Below, one piece after another: positions 49,201 through 61,200 of a stretch of 64,000 nt of DNA. The notes below the pieces were generated by a model. It searched no databases, was not told the DNA's origin, and saw only the letters and a program-made list of their open reading frames with translations. Positions within the stretch are counted from its first letter, which is position 1. Each line of letters begins with the position of its first letter. The DNA comes from Prorocentrum cordatum (Eukaryota), in the NCBI GenBank assembly GCA_963575745.1, contig CAUYUJ010000209.1:1-64000 (forward strand), written 5' to 3'. A program made the translations under genes and the position numbers.

Positions 49201-52200
49201 CGAGGCCCCTTCTGAAACGCGCACAGTGGTTCGCGGTGCGATTGGATACGCGTAGTGCCAAAGGCATGCCGCATCGACAACCCTTCGAGTGGTAAGGAGA
49301 TTGGCTTTGTGAGAGCAGCTTTCGGTGGGCGATGGTTCCGCGTCGGATGGTCCAACCTATCAGTCTGACAACCTGGCCATCTAACAAACGGTCTGCCAAA
49401 ATAGATGGTGCGCCTTCCAACCGCCTTCTCACAATGTAACGAGGCATCTGCTTACGACATCGCCACGGGACGACCCACGGGACAACCAGCAGAACAATCC
49501 GCGGGACAACCACGGGACAACACACGGGACAACCTCGCGACAACCACGAGAGAACCACGGTCCAACCCCGTGTGGCACCGCGAGACGGGCGGGATGGAAA
49601 CATCCTGTCCCACTTGGCACTAGCTACAGCCGGCGCATCATCGCCCTCGCACAGCCTCACCTCGCCCGCACGCAAGGCACGACACGAAAGGGAACCGACG
49701 CTGGCATCCCGGTTTGGGTCACTCCATACGCTGCTGGACGAAAACACGGTTACAACATGTTCGTCACAATCCTGGCTTCAGCAACGCTGGCATCGTAGAA
49801 TGCAACTTGGACACGTTGCGTCTAACACCATTCTAGCAGTACAGACAAAACCCTCGTGTAATGGCGCACGGCGGCGCAAAACACGATCCGGACGCAATGA
49901 GGGACGGTCAAACACCAAGAAAACATACGCAACCACACTTGGCTTCTAGAACTCTGAAGGACACCCTCACGCGATGTATCCTCAAATCACTGCTCTTACC
50001 CGCACTTGGACTCGTACATCACAACCTGGCCGATCAGGCCGCGACACCAAGGAAGTAATAGAAAGCATTATCGTATAAGATGTGTCTCGACACAGGAATA
50101 TGTAGGACCTTCGCCTCCCCCCCAAAAAAAGTTCAGAACCACTTCCCCCGTCATCGAATGCCTTTCGAACAGCGCCTCCCCAGAGCCATGTGCGGGAGTG
50201 TCGCGTCTTGGATTGTATGCCTGGTCTGATGCTGGCCCCGTGAGCGATGAATGTTTCAGCAAAAGATTTCGGGGAACGCTTCCAGGACCATCGTCGGCCC
50301 ACTATTCTGAAGCAGTCTCCTGTGGAACTCCTCTTCGAGGACTCATCCTGAAGGCTCCGGCGGGGGAGGTCGATTTTGAACGATCCTCGGGATCGCCCTC
50401 TGGCCCCCGACCGTTCCGCAGCTCTCTTCTCGCTGCGGATCTGCCTACATTAAAGAATCCAACATCTGGCGGCCTCTGCAGAAACTCGAACACGGCCTGC
50501 AAAAGCAACGACAACAACACCACCACCACCAACACCAACAACCGCAACTACAATCAGTTTAAGACGGGTTGCTCTTATCTGCTCGCGGGCCATTCAACAC
50601 GTATACCCCGAACCCTCGGTACCCGTCCCCTTCGTCTTCGATCGTGCCCCTTGGGGGTATATCCCTCTTACCTGCAACGTGTATTTCGCGCAGCCCTTAA
50701 GGCAGGGGAAGAGAGGACGGATGGAAGGAAAGGACAAGGGGGAGGAAGGAGGATGGGGTACGAGAGAGAGAGAGAGGAGAGAGGAAAAACACAACAACAA
50801 AAAACAGGAGCGGGGCTGAAAGCAGAAAACACGTGGCAGAACCAGACGGGCAGATCGGGCGGGTGGACACTAACAAGCGGATCGGAAGGAAGGCCCAGGC
50901 GGCCAGGTCAAGCAGGCGGGCCGCTGAAGCGTGCGTCCTGCATGATTCGCAAGGAAATCTCGAGTGACAGCGCGATTCCCGAATACATCGCGAGGAAATC
51001 CACAGCAAGGCCGTGATTCCTGAATGTCGAGGGCGCGGCGTTTGAATAAATTGCGAAGGGGTCCCACGCGAGAGCGCGATTTCTGCATAAATTGTGAGGA
51101 AGTCCCTCGCGAGAGCGAAACTGTTGAAATACATTGCGAGGCTGCATCAAGCGGGAACCGCTGTTGTTGTAAACCTGGGGCCAGGGGCGCATGTTGGTGA
51201 CACATCGTTTCCCCTTGTAAAAAAAAAAACTGGGTGCTAGCCCCAGGAGAAGCAACAGCAACAACAATCATTCAAAACTGAGAGCTTTAACATCATCAAC
51301 AACAACAAGCAGGTTAAGACTGTTCGCTCTGACCTGCTCGCGTGCCACTCAGCACTTATATCCCAAACCATCGATATCTGCCCTTTTCGTTTCCGAACGA
51401 AACCCACTGGGGGCATATCTTCCTTACCTACCGCGCGTAATGTGCGTAGCCCCCGAAGGCAGGAGAAAAGAGAACGGATGGAAGGTGTAAGACAAGGATG
51501 GGGCACGAGAGTAGCAGGAGGAAGGCTAGAAGCAGAAAGGAAAAGGAAGAACCAAACGGGCCGGTCGGGCGGGTAGACCCCAACGCCCGGGTCGGAAAGG
51601 CGGGTCCAAACGACCAGGTCGAGCAGGTGGGTTGCTGAAGTGTGAATACTGCGTGAATCGCGAGGACGTATCGAGCGATAGCGCGGCTCCCAAATATATG
51701 TTGTAGAGAAAATTAAATCGCGAGTTTGATTCTTCAGAATCGAGGGCGCGGCGTTTCAATGAATTGCAGGGATGTCCCACGCGAAAGCGCGATTCCTGCA
51801 TGAATGTTGGCAAAATCCCGCGCGAGAGCGCGATTCTCAAATCAATACTGAGGAAATATCAAGCGGGAACCGCTGCTGATGTTGAGCTCTCACTACTCGT
51901 GAATAATTATTGTTGGTCCCCCTCTCCGGAGGCCATCGAAGTGCTTCCCCTGGGGCTCGCACCCTGGTCTTTATCAGGGAAAGTCACTACACTCAAACTA
52001 AGTGTGTTGGCCCCCGGATTACGACAACAACAATCACTTTAAGACTGTTCGCTCTTATCTGCTCGAGTGTCCAATAACGCATATTTCCGAAACCCTCGAT
52101 ACCCGCCCTCTCCGTCTTCGATCGAACCCCTTTTGGGGGGTATACCTTTCTTCCCTGCAGGCCGGGCCCCGGCAAGCGGCGGGGCGGCCGCGGACCGTCG

Positions 52201-55200
52201 GCCTGGCCAGCGGCAGCGCTGATCGGCGGGGCGGCCGCGGACCGTCGACCCGACCCCCAGAGGGACGAACAGGGGACCGACCACGACGAGGACGACGACG
52301 ACGACGTCGACGACGACGGCGACGACGACGACGACGGCGACAACGATGACGAGCGAAAGCGAGAGCGAGAGAGAACGACAGCAGGGCCACGAAGGACACG
52401 AAGTAGGCCACGAAGGGCGACAGCGGGGACACGAAGAGAATGCGTATGGGGTCACGAAGAGCGCGAACGAGCGGGGGCCACGAAAGGCAGATAATGCGGG
52501 ACCACAGAAGGCAACGATGGGGCCACTGAAGGGAGCAACTGGGCCTCGTAGGACAGTGAGGGGGCCACACACGGCGACAGCGGGGCCACGAAGGGCATGC
52601 ACATGGGGCCAAAACCGGCGCGAACGAGCGGGGGCCACGAAGGGCATACGTACATTGGGCCGCGGAGGGCAAGAACAGGGCCACTGAGGGCAGCAACGGG
52701 GCCACGAAGGGCAGCGAAGGGCCACGAAGGGCGACAGCGGGGCCACGAAGGGCATGCATATGGGGCAACCACGGGCGCGAACGAGCGGGGGCCACGAAGG
52801 GCATACATATATGGGGCCACGAAGGGCAGCGAGGGGGCCACGAAGGGCTGCAACGGGGCCACGTAGGGCAGCGAGGGGGCCACGAAGGGCTGCATCGGGG
52901 CCACGAAGGGCAGCAAGGGGGCCACGAAGGGCTGCAACGGGGCCACGAAACAAAGCGAGGGGGCCACGAAGGGCTGCAAAGGGGCTTCAATGTCCCGGCC
53001 GACCCGCCAGTAAGGCCCGCTTGCCCGACACACCCGTTCGAGCAGGCCCGCCCGTCAAGACACGCTTGCAATAAGAATGATGTCTTTCTCCTCGCCCTCC
53101 AGCAAAATCTTCTTCGCCCTCAGTCATCCTCCTCTCTTCTTGCCCCTCTTTTGGGCGGCCCCACTTCTCCGACTCTGTGCGGTTTTCGACTGGACCGACA
53201 ATTTGGGACCCAACTCGGGGGGTGTGGGGGGAGGGGCGGGGGCGTCCATCCTCAATAATTCGGGGTGCGTCCGCCAAAACCTTGGGAAGGAATCCCCCGA
53301 GTTCTCCCCGTCTTTTGGAAAACGGCCTTTGACCTTTCGGGGGGGATCCCGGAATCGGAAGCAAAAGATCGCATGCGATTCGTCTTAGCTGCCCCGATAC
53401 GCAACACGCAACACGTAGCGTATGGATACGGAGCTCAACATGTAGACTGAAACGTGTGTCTGAAGCGAGACGTTCGCCAAAACGTGGGCCAATACGTGGA
53501 GCCAACACGCAACGTATCGACACGGACGTCCTGAACACGGGACGTGTTGCGTATCAAAACGGGCGTATCGAGGCAGCTTAGCAAGCATGTGATAGTTTTC
53601 ACCGTGGCCACCCTGCACCATCTGGCCGGCAGGATTCCAGGCCACAACGGCGCCGTCTCCAGCGCCACCGGAGCCAGGCTGCTGCCAGCCCTTGCCCTCG
53701 CGGGAGGGGGGCTCGCCGCTCGATGCGATCAACTCATACAAATATGACCTCCCCGACCGCGTGGTGGTCGACCGCACATCTTCAATCGACCTTCCAATAC
53801 CTTCCCGTCCTCCTCCTAATCCCACTCCTCCTCCTCCTCCACCCCTTTCCCTCCTCCTTATTGTCATGATTATTTGTATTACTATTAGTAGTAGTATTAG
53901 TATTGCTATTACTCTTATTGTTATTCTTCTTAGTATAATTATTCTTGTTACTATTATTAGTAGTAGTATTGTTGGTATTAGTACTCTTAATATGATGATG
54001 ATTATTGTTATTATGTTTAACAATTACCTCCTCCTCCTCCTCCTCCTCCTCCTCCTCCTCCTCCTCCTCCTCTTCCTCGCCTTCCGAACTGTCATCGTCG
54101 TCACCACGGTGTTCCCTTTTGGTTTGCCGCGTCCACGCCGAAAGAACTAGATTGTGAGCGCGCGTGGGTATCGAGAGGAGACAAAAGGAGAGCGAGAGGG
54201 GGGTGGAGAGGGCAATGTGCTCCCTCTCTCCTCATGGTATTTGCAGACTTGAGCCAGCATGCGACACCAGAAATGAGCGCGTCTGTCCTGCGGGCGACCC
54301 CCGCGGAGCACGGATATTCACACTCAGGAGGCTTTCTGCACACTGTGTGGTACAAGATCCACTCTCTGTGGCACAAGGAACAACCGACTTAGCGGTTCAC
54401 TCCTTCTGCGCGGGGGGTCCCCCTCACCCCCGTCTTCCTTTCCCCGAAAAAAGCCCGGGACTGGGGCACCCGGCGGACATGGGCCCCGGCGGCCACGTCG
54501 GAGATCTCGAATCCTGCTGGCCGGCGCTCCTCCTCCCCCCTCCTTCGGGCCTCTCGCCCGTGCCAGGCGCATCGGATGCAAGATTAAGCCCGAGCGGTCT
54601 GACGGGGAGGCCGGGCGAATCCGCTTCCCTCCTTGGGATCCTCAGTTTCTCGCCCTTCTCCTTAGCCGCGGGCGACTCCTGACCTTCGTCCTGCAGGACT
54701 AGGACCATGTGGGGCGCTGCGCGGCTTCGGGAGCTCAGGGCCAGATTGGCAAATATTTTGTCGAGGGAGCCTGACTCGTCGATGGGCGCCAGAATCCCAT
54801 CCCTCATAAAGTTTGCTGAAGCGCGGCCCCCTCGAAGAGGGTCGACCTCCGCGAGGCTGTCCGCGGGCGTACTATGGCGAGGCACCCACCAGATATGACC
54901 GCCCCCTCGGCCCCTATGCTATCGCGCAGGATTGCCACATCCATGCAGCGGCGGGCCCTGGACTCTCGACGCCTCCAGGACGGCCTAGCGTGACTCGCGC
55001 ACTGCTCGCATCGGAACTAACACTTCACACGTTCGAGTACGTCGTCTCGGGCATGGGCTAGCCTGGGCAGCCTCAGACACTCGAGCTTTGCGTGATGTCC
55101 TATAAATTCACGTAAGTCTCGAGAACTTCGGCCTGAAGGGAATGAATTGCTCAATGTGGTCCGGGGCCGCCTGGACACGCCCCCCCCTCTGGTTCTTCTC

Positions 55201-58200
55201 CGGATTTGGACCCCTTACCCCCTGGATTGGCATTGACGCAGTTGCCCCGCGCAGGAATTTCTCCGACGACGCCTCCAGGGGCCCCCATCGCAACCCCCGC
55301 GGCGGCCCAGGGCCGCCATCCGAGCTAATTCGAGGATCCGGGGGGATGCACCTGGACAGGATGAGCCATGGCCCGTGCCGCTCAGCATCCGGCGACGACG
55401 CCGGCCGTCGCGCACCTGCGCAGCAGAGGTCGAAGCAACGAAGTGCGACTCGCGAGAGATCGGGCGGGTTTCTCGCTGGGCCCCCCCTCCCTCCCCCCCC
55501 CGCACCGGCAGAGGTGGGCGACCCCAGAGATGGCCCCCGAGTGCCCAGTCACTTCCCCGACGCAGGCCAGCCCCCAGGACCTGGCCCCACCTGGGTGCCC
55601 TCGGAGAAACCATCGCTCCTTCGACACTTGGAACTCGGCGACCCTCGCGCAGACCGCCGCGCTGCGGAGGCCTGCCTCCTTGGAGCCCTTTGGATTCGAA
55701 CAGCGCCTCCGTTGCCAGCCTGGCCGCCAGGCAACCGAGAGAGGAAGACGCAGGGGGGGTGCAACCGCTATCTCATGCCGACGCGCTCGCCGATCGACTA
55801 GATCGCATTCTTGCCCGGATCAGTCGACAGATCGCACCCCGTGCTCAGATCGATGCACATAGACACGGGGCATTCCCGACCCTCGGGCACGCGGCCGCCC
55901 GGGGGGGGGAGGGGCGGCGCCCCGCGGCTCGCTGCCAGCCGGCCCCCGAGAGCCAGTCCTGGATCAGTCGCCCCCTGGATCGCCGAACCGTTCTCAAGGC
56001 ACCGCCCGCCCCCTGTCTCGACGACGGAACCCCGAACCTCCCGTGGGACATGGCTGGACAGCCTCTCAGGGAGCGGAGCATCCCGTCTTTGTTCTGTATC
56101 CACGGCAAACAAGCCGCTGACTGGAGTCGAGGGCGCCTCTCTGGAGGCATCGGGTGGAGGGGCGCGGGCCGAACTCCCAGTCGATCCTGGCGGAGACGCC
56201 CGCGACTCCACAGCCACGTAGGTGCGGGAGTCGTTCAGGATGGCCCGGCGCACCTGCCGAGCGTTGAAGACAATGGCTGGAGCATCTCACGGGGCCCCCG
56301 AAGCCCCTCGACATCGAATGCGAAAGACTTCCCGTGACCCATCTCCCAGGCCCGAGACCGACCGAGCGACGGGTTAGCACGCAGGCGCTCCTTCTCCGCG
56401 GGGGGAAGGGCCAGGCGCAACCACCCCCTGCCCCTCGCCACTTCACCTGGCGAGACGCGAGGGCGAACAAGGCTGCCCCGCCATGCGGGCTCAGCGAGAA
56501 GCGCGCCGTCACGGTGAGCTTCGACGACGCTGACGATGGGCATGGGCCACTGCGGCCGACCTCCAGACTCGGTTCGCCCCCCCCTCCCCCCCGCGGCGAT
56601 TGGAGCGCGCGTGCTTTCGGAGCCCTGGGGCCCCTCGAGCCCCTCCCCCTCGCCTTTTAAGGCGAGGGCCTCTCCGGCCCTGGCTCGGACGTCCTGGGTC
56701 GCCAGCTGCTCGATGGCCCCGGCCACCTGGGCGACCGCCTCGCCGCTGCCCTGCAGCACTTCGGTCCGGCGGCCCAGGTCGGTCGCTGTCGCGCCCCCCG
56801 AACTGGGCGACGCCGCGGATCCCCGGGCGCTCGCGGGACCGGTCCTTCTCGCTGGGGCCCCGCTCGTCGCGGGCCGAACGGCTCTTAATTCTGCCATCGC
56901 CGCAGCGCCCCCCCTCGATCCGCCCTCCTTGCCTTTGCTGCCCCTGGCCGCCGCTGAGCCCTCAGATCCTGGCGCCGCAATTTGCACGGCCGGCGCTTTC
57001 GCCCCTCCTCGGGCCCGATCCTCGCACGAGGCCCAGGGCTCTAGTCGCGATGTTCTGCAGCGATGCGCCCTTTCGCAAAGTCGGGTCTCGGGGGCGAGGG
57101 GGGGCCCGCTCCGTCGCTGCATGGAGACGCGCCCAGACGGGCGCCCCGCCTCGCGTGCTGGTTCTCCCGCTCCACGCAGGCGCGAGGCGGACGGGCGCGC
57201 CCCAGCCCAATCTGCCGCGCGGTCACGTCCTGACGGACCTCGTCGAGCATCGCCGCTGACTCCCGCGCAACGGACGAAAGCTCGATGGCCATGCGCCCCC
57301 AGCCCTGCGCCGAAATATTCGTCGCCCACCGGCTCACTGGCCTGGCCTCTCCCTCGCTCGACGAGATTCCCCCCCAAAATGCGCCCATCCGATCCGCCGG
57401 GGCGTTCCTGGAGCACGCTGGCTGGGGGGCTGTCCTTCACGAGACCAGCAAGCCGAGCCCCGCGGCGCATTCGAGGAGGCCCGGGCTCAATCAACAAGAT
57501 CTGGAGATGCGGAGAGGGGGCTTCGGGATCTGGTTCGAGCCCAGAGACCCCGCTGATATCGAGCTCGCCTGAACCAGTCTGGGCGTCGCCTCTTGCTTCT
57601 GCTCGGGGGGGTAATTTTCCTGGCCTGTCATCGCCCTCCTTCCCCTGCTCTTCCCGCTGCCCATTTCTTCCCCCCCGGGCCCCCCCTCCTCGTCGCATTG
57701 CGTTTCTCGCCTCGTCTCCTCCAACTCCTCCCGCCCAGGCCCCCGCGACGCTCTGGCTTTTCGGCTCAGGCCCCTGAAAACGCACGGAAGGTGACAATTT
57801 AACGTGCGGAGCCTCGTGAATAAGCGGCATTGACTTCTCAATTGGGATGTACACATCTGCAGGGGAGAAACAAGGACACGACGATCAACAAGAACAAGAT
57901 TCCAACCCAGCATCGCGCTGGAAAAGGACCAGTCAATGCAGGCCGAAACAATTGGAAGGGCACCTCTTGCTCGGTGACGCCGCACAGCAGCCAGAGCCCG
58001 ACCCCGCCTGGCAGTCTCTCCGGGGCTGCCTAAGGTTTGCCCAGAAGCCCAATCAACGAACCAATGAGGCGTTCGTCTCATCCTGGGTGCGTGAATGTGC
58101 AGATCACCCCTTGCCATCTTTCCATTCCTGCCGCGCTGCAGCACGGACCTTTTTGTGTATTGCCACACGCCGTTGCGCTGCATCAAGCGGGGTAGCTTCC

Positions 58201-61200
58201 AGATACTGTAGACGCACCAGCCAATAAGGACTGATGCAAAATATCGTGTGGCAAATCCTTCGTCGATCGTTGGGGACCCGAGGGTGTCCCAGAGATAATG
58301 TGGGCCCAGGGCCATCGGGAGATAAGAAACTTCCGATGAGCACCTGCTGGCAGGCCAACTTCTGATTTGACGCGCCTACTGTCCAATGAATGACACACTG
58401 GCAATTCACCCTCGCATGACGCGGAAAGCCCAGAGCTCTAGAGACGCGCCTGGCGCAGCTGCCGCAAGCTTACCCTAAGGCAGCGCAGACGAGCAAGCAC
58501 ACACTTTGTCCTCCGACGCGCTGACGGAATACTTACAGTTAGCGTCAATGAGATCAAACCGGGCCGCGGACAAGACATGTTCTTCTATACCATGCCTCAG
58601 CCTGCACAGTACAACAACTCGCACTCTCACTAGAACGTGCTTCCCCCACGCGACGACGCGAAACAGGCCTGATGCCGCTGTGGAGCAACGAACTTAGAAG
58701 ATTGTGTCTGGCCGTGGCGAGAGAAGTATCCCAGGAGCCCAAAAAGCACCCAACATGCGTTCAAATCCTCGATCTTCGACACTCCCCTTGACGTGCTCGA
58801 AATGGACACGGACAAACATGATCATTAACGATTCCCAACAGCACACATGTTACGTACCGATAGCGGCCGCCGTTGTGCAGGCGATGCTTGGTCTCAAATG
58901 AACAACGCCCGCGGCGACACGGACAGCGAGTCCTGTTCAAAATGTGCACTTCTTCTCCGATGCCCCAGGCGGCGGCTGTGGATGAGTCTCGGAGCAGAGC
59001 GGGCTGAGACCACGGCGCCCCGAGATCGGTCCCAAAACTCCTCCCGTGACTTGAAGCGCACCTGTCTCCGAGCTGCGCCCGGTCGTGGCGGCGAGGCCCC
59101 CCGAAAAGGCCACCTGCCCTGGTCTCTCAAACTGCCCCCCCTGCAGCCCCGCACGCCGACTCTATTGCACCACCCCCTCTCGCTGGCCCCCTCTCGGGTC
59201 CACCAGAACGGCTGCCGCTGCGCGCCTCCACGCTTCCAGAAGGAGGAGGAGGAGGAGGAAGAGGAGGGGGAGGGGGAGGAGGGGGGAGGGGGGGGAAGAG
59301 GAGGAGGAGGAGGAGGAGGACGGTCTTGTTGTTCGAGCGCCGAGCCGCCGCCGCCGCCGCCGCCGTCCGGTCCGGGCGCCGCCCGGCCTTGCCCTTGTCC
59401 TGCCGCGCCTCCCGCTGCGCGCCTCTGCCCCCGGCGTCTGCCGAGCTGGCGCTGGGCTCCGGCTCGGGCTCGGGCCTCTTGGTCCAGGGGCCGTCCTGGC
59501 CTCGGCGGCGGGGGCGGGGGGGACGCGCCTCCTCGCCATCGCTCGGACGTCCATTCCCTGTGCTTTTTCGGTTTCGTGCGTGTTTTTTTTTCGCCAAATG
59601 ATCAAGGATGCTCCTCGATGGTCCTCGCCGGAGGAAAAATGCACACATCCGAGCGATGCCAAGGCCTCTCTTCGGAGGCAACTCCTGGGAGGTGCTCGTC
59701 GGAACAAGTGCCGGCGAGTGGGCCTGATCGAAGGACCATGAAAGTGCCAGACTGGGCCAGACTCGGCTCGGGACTGAGCCCGAGGGAGCGAGGCGAAGCC
59801 AGATCGAGTGGAAATCCGAGGGGTTAGGCTGTATTAGGCCAGATTGGCCAGTAGCCACTACGGATATACCAACGCCGATGCTGAATTCAACCTCCCATGC
59901 GTTGCATCCGAACCTCCACTGGCGAGGACCCAGACATCCACCGTCTTGGAAACATCAGGGTTGAATTTTGTTCCGCTGTTTGTAAGTCTCCAGGGGGGCA
60001 TTCGCCATGCCCCGGGACCGTCAAGAAACAATTCAGCCTGAAAAACCCGCATATGATCTGGGGCACCGAATTCGAAAACATCCAGACTTCTAGGAGCCCC
60101 ACCACAAGAAACGACGGCCAGTTCTTCACAGTTGTCGGCCCCTGGAGACCGTTGCCCGCTCCAAAGGTCGTCAATCAGTCATTCGACGCGGAGATTCCCA
60201 TATGTGTGTAAAATTCCGAATTTCTGAAGGAGAGAATCTTGGCCTGTGACGACTGAGCGTTCCCTGGCAGCTCTCTCCCTGGAGCGCTCAAAGGCGACGT
60301 CTGCTACATACGATTGGGCTTGGGATTCCGAAGGAAAAGGAGTCGGTGGTGCCAGAACCAGCGCTTCGCTGGAGGCTTGGCTGGGGTGCCTCAATGCCAC
60401 GCTTGCTACATCGCGCTGACCACGAAGATCTCGATGACAGGAGTGAGGGGTGCGAAACGAGCGCCTCGCTCGAGATCCCCGCAATCTGGGCGCCAACGGG
60501 GAAGTGTACCTCCTTGGGGTGCGCGAGCGGGCAACTGCTCCCCTCCTTGGCGACTCCGCCTCGGAGCGCCCAAGCGCCACGCCCTGCTACATCCCGGTGA
60601 GCATGGACGAGCCCGAGCAGAAGTGGCGAGTATGGGTGGGCCTGCGTGCGAGTGACAGGAGTGCGGGCAGGATATACCTGAACTGGACGTGAGTGCCCAA
60701 GATTGGTGTCTACGCCCTCCCGGTGTCGCTGGGAGGGCATGCTCACCGATCCTGGGCCCAGAATCGGCCTGGGCATGGCCGGCGTCGGTGCAGAGCTGGC
60801 GCCGCCCGAACGGGGAAGAGGGGAAGTGGGGGCCGAGAGGGGGCAGGAGGGAGGGAGGGAGAAGTCAGAGGGGCAAGAGGGATGAGAGGAGGGCAGGAGG
60901 AGGAGATGGAGGAGAAACAGGAGGAGGAGGAAATGGAGGAGGGAGAATAAGAGGAGGACAAGGAGGAGGAAGAACAGGAGGAGGAGGAGGAGGAGGAGGA
61001 GAAGGGAGGAGGGGGTAGCAAGATTTCAGGTTGGAGGGGGGGCAGAAAAATGTTGGACGTTTCAGGCTGTACTCGGGGTATCGCTGGAAAGACGCACGTC
61101 CGGACCCACATGCGGAACATGCGGAGGCCACGAGCTGGATGCACATTACGATGGCCGTCATGCCTGGCCACAAGAGGGCTGAACACTTCCAAAAGAAAAC

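Noticed and set aside
49982..50547. Transposase fragment
   Set aside because: Only vaguely protein-like; no DDE or HTH motif I can identify.
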